A model generated the notes under the pieces. It searched no databases. It was given only the letters and a program-made list of their open reading frames with translations, and had not been told where the DNA came from. Position numbers and translations under genes: made by a program. This document shows, piece after piece, positions 30,001-41,733 of a DNA stretch of 64,000 nucleotides (within the stretch, counting starts at the first letter, position 1; the number at the start of each line of letters is the position of its first letter). The DNA lies in the NCBI RefSeq assembly GCF_004210375.1, contig NC_134831.1:98959522-99023521 (forward strand), read 5' to 3'. Origin of the DNA: Tachypleus tridentatus (taxonomy: Eukaryota).

Positions 30001-33000
30001 TATATACCAAATACCTAGAGAGAGAGAGGTCTAGTGTACCTGACCCTCCTGGGTATACAAATATATATACCAAATACCTAGAGAGAGAGAGGTCTAGTGT
30101 AGCTGACCCTCCTGGGTATACAAATATATATACCAAATACCTAGAGAGAGAGAGAGAGGTCTAGTGTACCTGACCCTCCTGGGTATACAAATATATATAC
30201 CAAATACCTAGAGAGAGAGAGGTCTAGTGTACCTGACCCTCCTGGGTATACAAATATATATACCAAATACCTAGAGAGAGAGAGAGGTCTAGTGTACCTG
30301 ACCCTCCTGGGTATACAAATATATATACCAAATACCTAGAGAGAGAGAGGTCTAGTGTACCTGACCCTCCTGGGTATACAAATATATATACCAAATACCT
30401 AGAGAGAGAGAGAGGTCTAGTGTACCTGACCCTCCTGGGTATACAAATATATATACCAAATACCTAGAGAGAGAGAGGTCTAGTGTACCTGACCCTCCTG
30501 GGTATACAAATATATATACCAAATACCTAGAGAGAGAGAGAGGTCTAGTGTACCTGACCCTCCTGGGTATACAAATATATATACCAAATACCATAGAGAG
30601 AGAGAGGTCTAGTGTACCTGACCCTCCTGGGTATACAAATATATATACCAAAATACCTAGATAGAGAGAGAGAGGTCTAGTGTACCTGACCCTCCTGGGT
30701 ATACAAATATATATACCAAAATACCAATAGAGAGAGAGAGGTCTAGTGTACCCGACCCTCCTGGGTATACAAATATATATACCAAAATACCGATAGAGAG
30801 AGAGAGGTCTAGTGTACCTGACCCTCCTGGGTATACAAATATATATACCAAATACCTAGAGAGAGAGAGGTCTAGTGTACCTGACCCTCCTGGGTATACA
30901 AATATATATACCAAATACCTAGAGAGAGAGGTCTAGTGTACCTGACCCTCCTGGGTATACAAATATATATACCAAATACCTAGAGAGAGAGAGGTCTAGT
31001 GTAGCTGACCCTCCTTGGTAAACATATATATATACCAAATACCTAGACAGAGAGAGGTCTAGTGTACCTGACCCTCCTGGGTATACAAATATATATACCA
31101 AAACATCTAGAGAGAGAGAGGTCTAGTGTACCTGACCCTCCTGGGTATACAAATATATATACCAAATACCTAGAGAGTGAGAGGTCTAGTGTACCTGAGC
31201 CTCCTGGGTATACAAATATATATACCCAAATACCTAGAGAGAGAGAGGTCTAGTGTACCTGACCCTCCTGGGTATACAAATATATATACCAAATACCTAG
31301 AGAGAGAGAGGTCTAGTGTACCTGACCCTCCTGGGTATACAAATATATATACCAAATACCTAGAGAGAGAGAGGTCTAGTGTACCTGACCCTCCTGGGTA
31401 TACAAATATATATACCAAATACCTAGAGAGAGAGAGAGGTCTAGTGTACCTGACCCTCCTGGGTATACAAATATATATCCCAAATACCTAGAGAGAGAGA
31501 GAAGTCTAGTGTACCCAACCCTCCTGGGTATACAAATATATATACCAAATACCTAGAGAGAGAGAGGTCTAGTGTACCTGAGTGTACCCTCCTGGGTATA
31601 CAAATATATATACCAAATACCTAGAGAGAGAGAGAGGTCTAGTGTACCTGACTCTCCTGAGTATACAAATATATATACCAAATACCTAGAGAGAGAGAGG
31701 TCTAGTGTACCTGACCCTCCTGGGTATACAAATATATATACCAAAATACCTAGAGAGAGAGAGAGGTCTGGTGTACCTGACCCTCCTGGGTATACAAATA
31801 TATATACCAAATACCTAGAGAGAGAGAGGTCTAGTGTACCTGACCCTCCTGGGTATACAAATATATATACCAAATACCTAGAGAGAGAGAGGTCTAGTGT
31901 ACCTGACCCTCCTGGGTATACAAATATATATACCAAAATACCTAGAGAGAGAGAGGTCTAGTGTACCTGACCCTCCTGGGTATACAAATATATATACCCA
32001 AATACCTAGAGAGAGAGAGGTCTAGTGTACCTGACCCTCCTGGGTATACAAATATATATACCAAATACCTAGAGAGAGAGGTCAAGTGTAGCTGACCCTC
32101 CTTGGTATACATACATATATACCAAATACCTAGAGAGAGAGAGAGGTCTGGTGTACCTGACCCTCCTGGGTATACAAATATATATACCAAATACCTAGAG
32201 AGAGAGAGAGGTCTAGTGTACCTGACCCTCCTGGGTATACAAATATATATACCAAAATACCTAGAGAGAGAGAGAGGTCTAGTGTACCTGACCCTCCTGG
32301 GTATACAAATATATATACCAAAATACCGATAGAGAGAGAGAGGTCTAGTGTACCCGACCCTCCTGGGTATACAAATATATATACCAAAATACCGATAGAG
32401 AGAGAGAGGTCTAGTGTACCCGACCCTCCTGGGTATACAAATATATATACCAAAATACTGATAGAGAGAGAGAGGTCTAGTGTACCCGACCCTCCTGGGT
32501 ATACAAATATATATACCAAGATACCGATAGAGAGAGAGAGGTCTAGTGTACCTAACCCTCCTGGGTATATAAATATATATACCAAATACCTAGAAAGTGA
32601 GGTCTAGTGTACCTGACCCTCCTGGGTATACAAATATATATACCATAAAACCTAGAGAGAGAGAGAGGTCTAGTGTACCCGACCCTCCTGGGTATACAAA
32701 TATATATACCAAAATACCGATAGAGAGAGAGGGGTCTAGTGTACCCGACCCTCCTGGGTATACAAATATATATACCAAATACCTAGAGAGAGAGGTCTAG
32801 TGTACCTGACCCTCCTGGGTATACAAATATATATACCAAATACCTAGAGAGAGAGGTCAAGTGTAGCTGACCCTCCTGGGTATACAAATATATATACCAA
32901 ATACCTAGAGAGAGAGAGAGGTCTAGTGTACCTGACCCTCCTGGGTATACAAATATATATACCAAATACCTAGAGAGAGAGAGAAGTCTAGTGTACCTGA

Positions 33001-33436
33001 CCCTCATGGGTATACAAATATATATACCAAATACCTAGAGAGAGAGAAGTCTAGTGTACCTGACCCTCCTGGGTATACAAATATATATACCATAAAACCT
33101 AGAGAGAGAGAGAGGTCTAGTGTACCCGACCCTCCTGGGTATACAAATATATATACCAAAATACCGAGAGAGAGAGAGGTCTAGTGTACCCGACCCTCCT
33201 GGGTATACAAATATATATACCAAAATACCGATAGAGAGAGAGAGGTCTAGTGTACCCGACCCTCCTGGGTATACAAATATATATACCAAAATACCGATAG
33301 AGAGAGAGAGGTCTAGTGTACCTAACCCTCCTGGGTATATAAATATATATACCAAATACCTAGAAAGTGAGGTCTAGTGCACCTGACCCTCCTGGGTATA
33401 CAAATATATATACCCAAACACCTAGAGAGAGAGAGA
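1..33436. repeat. Tandem satellite array, unit ~61-63 bp (consensus approx GGTCTAGTGTACCTGACCCTCCTGGGTATACAAATATATATACCAAATACCTAGAGAGAGAGA), ~540 head-to-tail copies; truncated by the window start and ending abruptly at ~33436
   Basis: Direct reading: the TACCTAG landmark recurs every 59-65 nt throughout (for example at 2881, 2944, 3007). Unit length varies mainly through the internal (GA)n tract (4-9 repeats) and the (TA)n tract. All units share one orientation. The last unit is cut after its (GA)n at 33436, followed by unique sequence gtgtttgttgaagatc. Confidence 0.97.
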
Positions 33437-34120
33437 GAGGTGTTTGTTGAAGATCTGCAATTTTTCTGGTGTGACCAATTATATGAAGCATAGCAAACCC
33501 ATCAATCAACAAGAAGAACATGAGGTTTCCACTGATGGTGTGGCCAATCATAACTCAGTTGATATTTGTCCAATTTGATAATAACCGTAAGTTGAAATTG
33601 TCATTTCTCATCATATACTAAATTCTTTACAAGTTTCACAAAAATCAGAAAATCCTGCATTTTTTACATTTGATCCCTGCTACGGAGGTGCTTCCGGTTG
33701 AGAGAAAGTTAGATCATGTGTTAACAACAACAGAAGATATTGATTATTTACTATACACTCATGTCATTTCTTCTCAAGCTCATATCAATCCACTTCAGAT
33801 TTACCAATCAAGTGAACAACTTCATTCATTGTATTAACTAACTGAAATGATGAGCCTTGTGTGCTCAATCATAGTTAACGTTCTGCATGAAATGCATTGT
33901 CTCATTAATAGGGCTACTTAAACATATTTAGCTGTCCACATATTTTGTAATGAGCTTCTATGCATTTAAATGTAACAATAAAATTTCATACAGCTGGTAA
34001 TATCATTTTTAATAAATAGAACTAACTTAACATAGTGTTGAAACACTTAAGGATGGCAAAGTATTGAAATTTTTTTCACATTTAAGCAAAAAGTTATAAT
34101 TTTCATGTACTGAAAATATA

Positions 34121-35819
34121 TTTCTGATATGTATTTCCCTCTGCTCGTAAGATTAGCTATTCTAGGTAAGTGCTGCCCTCTATGTAAAAGTTTTTTCTTT
34201 ACACATGCCACAAGCCTTCTCTCCTCAATTGAAATTAAATGATTTCAACATGTCTCTCATGTAACTCATTATGTGTCACCTCTCCACTGATAGAAGCACA
34301 GACTACTCAAATGATGTATGTGACTCCCACTATGCACCTTTACTGAACTATCAGTTTAAAGTCACAGAAGACAGGTACACTCAAAGAGTGAGAGAAAAAA
34401 GTGTGAGTGGAGTATAGGAAAATTATAACTTCCGACACAAGATTAGCTAGAATTTGATTGATTAAGAGGAAGGACTGGTGCATGGAAAGAACAGATGTAT
34501 TCTTCAAAAGCATCTGAAGGATACCTCCACAGATAAAGAAAATTTGAAGAGAGGAACCACACCACTCCTGACTAGATATACTCTTCACCCATGTGTGGAA
34601 TGTGTACATCTGAGTGGGGAAAATGTAGCAGTAAAGTGATCTAACCAAAGAAGGATAATGTAATTCAATCTCACAATAAAAAAAATGGATAAACAACAAT
34701 GTTCCCCTGGATGTAGAGTGGTTATGGCACAGTGAACCATATTCGGTAAGACAATAACTTCCAAAACCTCTTCACAGGGTACCGACATCTTCACCAACCC
34801 TATTAACTAGAGAACTGAAAACTACTCTTCATTCCTGGATAGAAGCAGGATTGGCTCTGAACTATTGATCTGGAAATATGACATCCAGTTTTGAAAGGAT
34901 GTCTATTGTTGCTTGCAAACAACTTCCCCAACTGTGATACACATTGGAACCTTTCAAATGGCAAGAACATCCCCATAAGAAGAGATAATGAAAAATTGCC
35001 AAGGATAAAACCAGAACAATCCCATGTACCACAGCTGTGACCCACAACAGAAACAGAGAAAATCAAGGAAGGAAGACAGAGAACCCAAAACCTGTGTGAG
35101 GACTTACGTTGATTGGTTCACTTTAAATCCAACACCAGGCCACAGGGTACAAACGACCATGCAAAGGTAGGATGAGGGTTTCCCATCAAAAAGGTAAACT
35201 GCATTTGCGACGACTCAACTTCAGAGGGCATGTAAATGGTATCAGGAGGCCAAGTTGTACCCTGTAACACACAATCTCCTGATGCATAAAAACAAAATTA
35301 TCATCAGGTCACCCACACCTGAGGCTTGCCAAAAACTCTAGTTGCTGGTGTAGTCTCCAATATGGTATGGTTAAATTCTGAATTCATTGCATAGAAAGGT
35401 TCAACCAAACTTACATGCAGAAAGAATGCAACTTGAATCAACTGATAAACATAAATATAAAAACTGAGTTGAATAAATTAAACTATGTTAAGAAATAACC
35501 ACTTTGTGAGGAAAACAAAGTCAAACATGCAGAAATAAAGAACAAAACAGCATGCCTGAACGCAAGTGCTGCCAAACTTCAAAATAATAGTTTGTTAGAG
35601 TCACACAGAGGGAATCATATGTGTCATGTTAGTATTATATGCTCTCACTGATGGAGAGATGATGCATGATGATTCACATGAGAGACATGTTGGAATTATT
35701 TAATCCCAATAGGGGGAGCAGAAGGCTTGTGCCATAAGTAAAATAAAAATGTCATATAGGAGGCAGCAATAAATGAAAACAGTTAATCTTGTAAACAAAG
35801 AAAAGTACTGTATCAGAAG
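34121..35819. mobile_element. Non-autonomous element (~1.7 kb) bounded by ~180-bp terminal inverted repeats (left ~34121-34300, right ~35640-35819; roughly 75 percent identical in inverted orientation)
   Basis: Left arm ...ctgccctctatgtaaaag..acacatgccacaagccttctctcctcaattgaaattaaatgatttcaacatgtctctcatgtaactcattatgtgtcacctctccactgatagaagca. Reverse complement of right arm ...ctgcctcctatatgacatttttatttacttatggcacaagccttctgctccccctattgggattaaataattccaacatgtctctcatgtgaatcatcatgcatcatctctccatcagtgagagca. Outermost ends ttctgatatgta / tactgtatcagaag also pair. No clear target-site duplication; internal ORFs have no recognisable domains. Confidence 0.5.
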
Positions 35820-36942
35820 CTACACAATGGGCAACCTGTGCTGTGCTCACAGTGGGTATCAAAACCCAATATCTAGAATTGTTAGTTTGTAGGCATACTG
35901 CTGAGCCACTGGGAAGCACACTACTCATGAATTACTACACAGCTAGTGTTACATACATGAGCTAATTACCTGTTCTTGAATTCAAAATGCAAGTACTTTA
36001 AGTCAAAGCATGCATATTAAGTTAAGATTCTTACTGTCTTTTTCTAAAATTTCCTGAACAAATAGTCAAGAAGTCATGCATGTATGTCATTTATCAAGTC
36101 CCTTTTGTTTTAGCCTACAAAATATGGTAGTTAGATTGTTAAAAATTCTGAGAATTTAGTATGTAAAAATAAGTGTGACATAAATTATAATCAGTAACTT
36201 TATATCAACAACCACTTCACTGAATACTAAAGACAATTTTCTAACAATCTCATTAAATAACTTTGTATATATAAAACTGTGGAACAAAAACTTGCAGAGT
36301 TCTATTAATATTTCAAGGTCATCAGATAAACTGTTATTTTATAATCGTCTTTCTTAAGAGGCTTTGACTTCCTTCTTGTTTATCTAAGAGTAAAACTTAT
36401 TTAATAAAATATTTTTTTCACATATACTTCCTTTGTCATAAGTAAAACCAAAAATATATATATTTAAATATCTTGTAAACACTTTACTACAATAAACAAG
36501 TTTTTAATTTTGTTGGGTTGTTTTCTTGTAGTTGAGGCTTCATCCCATTCTAAATCTATAAAATATTTATAAGTGTATTTGTCTATCTTATGATTTGTTT
36601 TCACATGACAGCTACAAAACTTTGATATGCTTTTCCATGAACTAAAATAAATAAAACAGTTTTTGAGGATTTATGTTTCAATAAATGATCCATTCTCAGA
36701 TAAACTGATAAAAATTATATGAAGCTATATTTTAAAAGACATTGTTAAACATAATGATGTTTGTGCAGTGAGCTTGTGAAGTTAAGTGTAGATGTTTTTC
36801 GTATAATTAAGTAGAATTAGTCTGATGTTATGAATTTTACATTATAATATATAACACTCATGGAAATGGCAGTGTGAACACTAAATGTTACCTATTGCAA
36901 TTATATGTTAATAAGTTACGTATATTTTATAAAATTCTTTAC

Positions 36943-37097
36943 CTTTCATTGTTTTTCCGAACGTAGTTTTGTGGTCCAACTTCGACTCTTGTTACGTTAG
37001 TCGTCTGATCTAACACGTGCAAATAGTAATACGTGGGAACACGGTAGATGCCATCATCATCACTTTGGCATCTTAAATTGTGTTTTGTTCCTGCCAT
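36943..37097 (-). CDS. MVP: Major vault protein, first coding exon: ATG at 37097-37095, 51 codons plus 2 nt (phase 2) to a GT donor at 36942-36941 (..AATGAAAG|gtaaag)
   Basis: Minus-strand translation is MAGTKHNLRCQSDDDGIYRVPTYYYLHVLDQTTNVTRVEVGPQNYVRKNNE(R). It aligns to the MVP N-terminus (human ..[36 protein letters not shown]|VLFAP..) with identical HVLDQ..NV.RVEVGP..Y.R..NER spacing. The exon ends exactly where R would be completed, followed by a consensus donor. An in-frame TGA lies 8 codons upstream of the ATG. At 52 aa it falls below the ORF-track cutoff. Confidence 0.7.
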
Positions 37098-38065
37098 CTC
37101 AGCAAACAATACAGCAAAACTTCATTCCATCAGACTTTACAATAGAAATGAAAAACAAGTAAAGTTATCCAATGCCCAGTTTTTATACAAATGTACATGT
37201 AAATATAAAAACTAACATTAAACCATGGTAACTTGCATACAGTATAAATCAAGTTTAGGAGAGTTATGAGGAATTAATACATTTTTATTAAGTTGAAATC
37301 ACACGACCACAACTCTATAGTTATATTCTTCTTTTAAAGTAACTTAGAGAGTGTCTTTGACAGATGAATTAATATACTTCTTGTGCTTTTATAAGCCAAA
37401 AAATACTGTCCAAGATAAACCCAAAACATCAGAAGTCCATTAAAAGTATGGGTCACCACCAGCGTTACTCCTAAGCAGCACGGCCACAGAATAACCAATC
37501 AAGTATGAAGCACTTAATTATTCTATACATACACATTCTCAGTAATGGTCAGGAGTCTCATCACACTGAAAGTCCTAATGAATTGGGCAATTAATAGGCC
37601 TAAAGCCCAAATGACCACACATTGATACTATTACATATAAAAAATTTGTTCTGTACATAAATTAAAAATGTTAGAGGGAACATTGATCACCACAAACTGA
37701 TGTGTTAATACAGAACACAATAACCATCATCACAATATATACAGAAAGAACAACGAAATATATAGTTTACTGACATCTAACAGTTCAAGTTGATGGCCTA
37801 AACCATACACCTTGGATGAAAACACAATGTTTAATAACACTACAAATGTTTGCTCAATAGGCAAGTTATATTTTCCAATTTCAGGATTCAGTATTTTAAA
37901 GTCTATCAAAGTGTCTATCAATTTTAAATAAGAATACTTAAGCACTTAAGACTTCCTTTATCAAGTTTACTAATTTTATATATGAATGTCAACAATGCCA
38001 ACATATGAATGCTGTGTCTGTGATGAAGTAGTGAACCAGCGTTCTGATCAAATCTTATTATGTAA

Positions 38066-40674
38066 CAACTGGGTCATTCCATCTCAAATCATCCAGAGGG
38101 CTACAGGCGACCCCAACAGAATGCCTTGAAAAAGTTCACATGTGCTCATCTACCCATATAATGAAAAACTGCCAAAGATTAGATCAATATCTCTAATAGT
38201 TTCTGATTTACAGCCCTGTAAAATGTAGGTAATTTTGTTTTATTTTTGGCAAGAGTAATGGTGGTAGAATGCTGAGATTTACTACACTGACTGAATTAAT
38301 CTCACAGAATTCAAACATGGTCTCAAACCAAGTTTATCTCTCTTAGGAATTTCATAGTGAGGCTGTAAAATCACCTGAAAACCCAAAATTGTAAGAAACA
38401 TTGGTTTCTGTAATAAGTCATAGCCCTAAGACTTAATATGATACAAAGCTGAATATTGTTTTCTAATTTCCTATAACATATCAGTTGATAAATCAGCAAT
38501 TGTTGTTATTAAAAGTCTGTTAGATCTCCTGTACAAAAATGTAGCTGCAAGCAACTTTTTATGATGTAGCTCAAAATAGCCCTACTTCAGGCCACAGTTT
38601 GACCATGTCACCAGCTATTCAGCCTTTTCAGATTTTTACCATATATTCTTACATCACTGAATATGATCTACAAAAAAAAATCAGGATGGTGTACAACCTA
38701 ATTTTTGAGTTATAATTTTTTGAAAGTATCCTCTGACCATACGTTTTTTTTTTTTTTAAAAAATTCAGTTCAGGCGTGTTACTTTGTGCAAATATACCAT
38801 ACAATTTTGAAAAATACCTGTCAAAATTTTATGAATCCCACTTGAATATTCTAACCAGCCTTTCACAATGTAAAATAATGAAGTTGTAAGATACAAGAAA
38901 GAATTAATTCATTTCTGAACAAGTTTATTGGCATAACTAGTTAGATCACATGGCAATGCAAATATATTGTGTATGCATTACAGATATGGCTGAGTTTAAG
39001 AATCATAATATAATTAATTCAAAGGTAAATCAGACACAAAAAGCTCAGTGCTACAACAAAGGATAACTGAGAAAGAGTATAGTCACACCAAACTGCAATA
39101 ATCGTGACAATGAAATGTTCCAAAAACTGCTTTGGCGATAAATCAGCCTTAACAACATCAAATAAACATTGCTTTGTTCAGAAAGCTTGAATAAATTTCT
39201 GAAATTCAAGTTTGACTATGTTGAGGTCACTTTGACTTAGAACATAGTGGCATGCATATCTGCCTTGCATGGTAGGTGCACTATCAGACAAAGAATATGT
39301 TGGAAAGGAATCCAGCTTTCATCTTTATGTGACCTTGCAGGCCAAGAGAACAGTTCATTTCTTGATTTCTTCATAAATAACACCAACACATTGGAATGTT
39401 CATCTGATCTATCTTTTATGTTTCACACAACCATTCATGATCGTATATGCATGCTACATATTTCCCTGGCTGATAATTGTCATTGCTATCATTAGACTCT
39501 ATTTGAGCTGCTGTAGCATCACTTTCACTGCTACTACCAACAGTTACAACTGTGTACACATCATCACCTTCTCATATAGAATGTGTTGGTAGAATAAAGC
39601 TATGATGTGACCTAATACCTGCCACAGTTTTGTGTTTTTCATAGTGCTCAAGTTGATCAAACTTTACATAATTCTGCAGGACTGATTCCTGATTGACAAG
39701 AAAGAACTGAATGCCCTGAATGTGGTTCTTTGCCCAATGGTGCATATCAGAGACACTTAAAAATTGATAATTTATTATTTTTCACAACCTTGATTTTTTT
39801 TTAAGATCATGTTCAGAGATGTAAGAATATATGGTAAAGGCTGATTAGAATATTTCAATGGGATTCATAAATTATTTCAAAATTGTATGGATATATTTGC
39901 ACACAGTAACACACCTGACTTGAAGTGGTTTTTTTTTCCAAGTAAACAACATATGGTCAGGGGATACGTTAAAAAACTATAACTCAAAAAGTAGGTTGAA
40001 CACCATCTTGATTTTTATTGTAGATCATATTCAGAGATGTAAGAATATATGGTAAAAATCTGAAAAGGCTGAATAATTGGTGACATGGTCAAACTGTGAC
40101 CTGAAGTAGGGCTATTTTGAGCTACATCATAAAAAGTTGCTTGCAGCTACATTTTTTTACAGGAGATCTAACAGACTTTTAATTACAACAATTGCTGATT
40201 TATCAACTGATATGTTATAGGAAATTAGAAAACAATATTCAGCTTTGTATCATATTAAGTCTTAGAGCTATAGCTTATTAAATAAACCAATGTTTTTTTA
40301 TGATTTGGGGTTTTCAGGTGATTTTACAGCCTCACTATGAAAATCCTAAGAGAGATAAACTTGGTTTGAGACCATTTTTGAATTCTGTGAGATTAATTCA
40401 GTCAGTGTTGCAAATTTCAGCCTTCTACCACCATTAGTCTTGCAGCTTTAAGCAGCCAAAGTTGCACGAAAATGAATTTGCCAAAAATAACAAAAAATTA
40501 ACTAAAGTTTATAGGGCTCTAAATCAGAAGCTATTAGAGATATTGATCTTATCTTTGGTAATGTTTCATTATATGGGTAAATGAACACTTGTAAATTTTT
40601 TCAAGGCATTCCGAAGGGGTCACCTGGAAAATTGTCCAAAATCTGGATGATTTGACATGGAATGACCCAACTGT
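38066..40674. repeat. Foldback-type large inverted repeat: left arm ~38066-38866, right arm ~39835-40674 (about 800-840 bp each, ~85 percent identical as reverse complements) separated by a ~0.95 kb spacer. The right arm carries an extra ~38 bp internal duplication (39803-39840 vs 40020-40066)
   Basis: Example pairings: left gggtcattccatctcaaatcatccagagggctacaggcgaccccaacagaatgccttgaaaaagttcacatgtgctcatctacccatataatgaaa vs reverse complement of right gtttcattatatgggtaaatgaacacttgtaaattttttcaaggcattccgaaggggtcacctggaaaattgtccaaaatctggatgatttgacatggaatgaccc. Left gccacagtttgaccatgtcaccagctattcagccttttcagatttttaccatatattcttacatcactgaatatgatcta pairs with right tagatcatattcagagatgtaagaatatatggtaaaaatctgaaaaggctgaataattggtgacatggtcaaactgtgacc. 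Confidence 0.8.
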
Positions 40675-41458
40675 ATCCAGAATTAAGCCATCTAAAGACT
40701 ATCTTTTATCCTAAATGTCACAATATTATTTCACTGGTTCATATCCAAATCAATAACAACTACACAAAAGTAAAGAACAATAATAATATAAACAACCAGA
40801 CAAAGTTATCTCTTGATTTTTAGACAATTATAACATGTCTACATAAATTAGTGATATTTACAATTGTATGTTTTTCACTTCAAATAAGTGCTAGACCTTA
40901 CTGTTAAATTTGATTCAGAGAAACACGTTAACGATTAATTTGCAGTAGTAGCAATTGTATCATAAAAGAGCTATCTTGACAATATTCTGCTACAAAAACT
41001 TTCAACATATTTCTTCCAGCTTTTTGTATCTGAAAAAACAAAACACCTGTTCATCCCTACATATCGTCCTTAGCCTAATATTCAACCTACTTAGAATTAT
41101 ATCCCCAGAGTAACATCATGCCAATCTTTATTAATTACCCTTACATGCAACATTAGCCCCTATGTGAATAATAAAACTTTTGTCAATGCTACACCCTTTA
41201 TATTACCTCACTTACCTTATCATTTATGTCCTTCAACCACACTTCTGGTAATATGATTAACTAAGACATAGTTTCAAAAGCAACTACCAAATGTTTACAT
41301 TTGAATAATGACATGTTTGTCTGCTATACCACTGTCCTAATCTTAGAATTATCTCTGAGGTGCATATGTATTTCACCAGCTTTTCTTCTAAACTACTTAT
41401 ATAACAAATTCCTCATAGGTACATAACTGTTAGTAACATGTAAAGCACAAAAAAAAAT

Positions 41459-41733
41459 TAAACAAAAGGTAACTGTAACTATCCCTCTAATAACTGTTAA
41501 ACAAAAGGTAACTTTAACTATCCTTCTAATAACTGTTAAACAAAAGGTAACTGTAACTATTCTTCTAATAACTGTTAAACAAAAGGTAACTGTAACTATC
41601 CTTCTAATAACTGTTAAACAAAAGGTAACTGTAACTATTCTTCTAATAACTGTTAAACAAAAGGTAACTGTAACTATCCTTCTAATAACTGTTAAACAAA
41701 AGGTAACTTTAACTATCCTTCTAATAACTGTTC
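41459..41733. repeat. 39-bp minisatellite, ~7 copies (unit aacaaaaggtaactgtaactatccttctaataactgtta)
   Basis: Direct reading. The minus-strand ORF 41393..41779 with the 13-aa periodic VIRRIVTVTFCLT peptide is a by-product of this repeat. Confidence 0.92.

Noticed and set aside
1-33436. CRISPR-like regular spacing
   Set aside because: There are no unique spacers: the whole period is conserved. The context is eukaryotic (spliced genes, SINEs, Tc1). This is a satellite, not a CRISPR array.
405-33551. Dozens of 60-390 aa ORFs on both strands through the satellite (for example 11468..12646, 392 aa, MVYIFVYPGGSGTLDLSLSRYLVYIF...; plus-strand MYLTLLGIQIYIPKYLERERSSVPDPPGYTNIYTK...)
   Set aside because: The unit lengths (60 or 63 bp) are multiples of three and the monomer happens to lack stops in one frame per strand, so frames stay open until a unit of different length occurs. 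The peptides are perfectly periodic and low complexity. Both strands being open simultaneously is a hallmark of repeat artefacts.
34340-35066. Minus-strand ORFs inside the inverted-repeat element (34340..34699, 34585..34797, 34803..35066)
   Set aside because: They overlap each other in different frames and show no recognisable transposase or other domain; I treat them as non-coding internal sequence of a non-autonomous element.
39247-39495. ORF 39247..39495 (+) in the foldback spacer
   Set aside because: 82 aa, Cys/His-rich by chance, with no splice context or similarity; unsupported.
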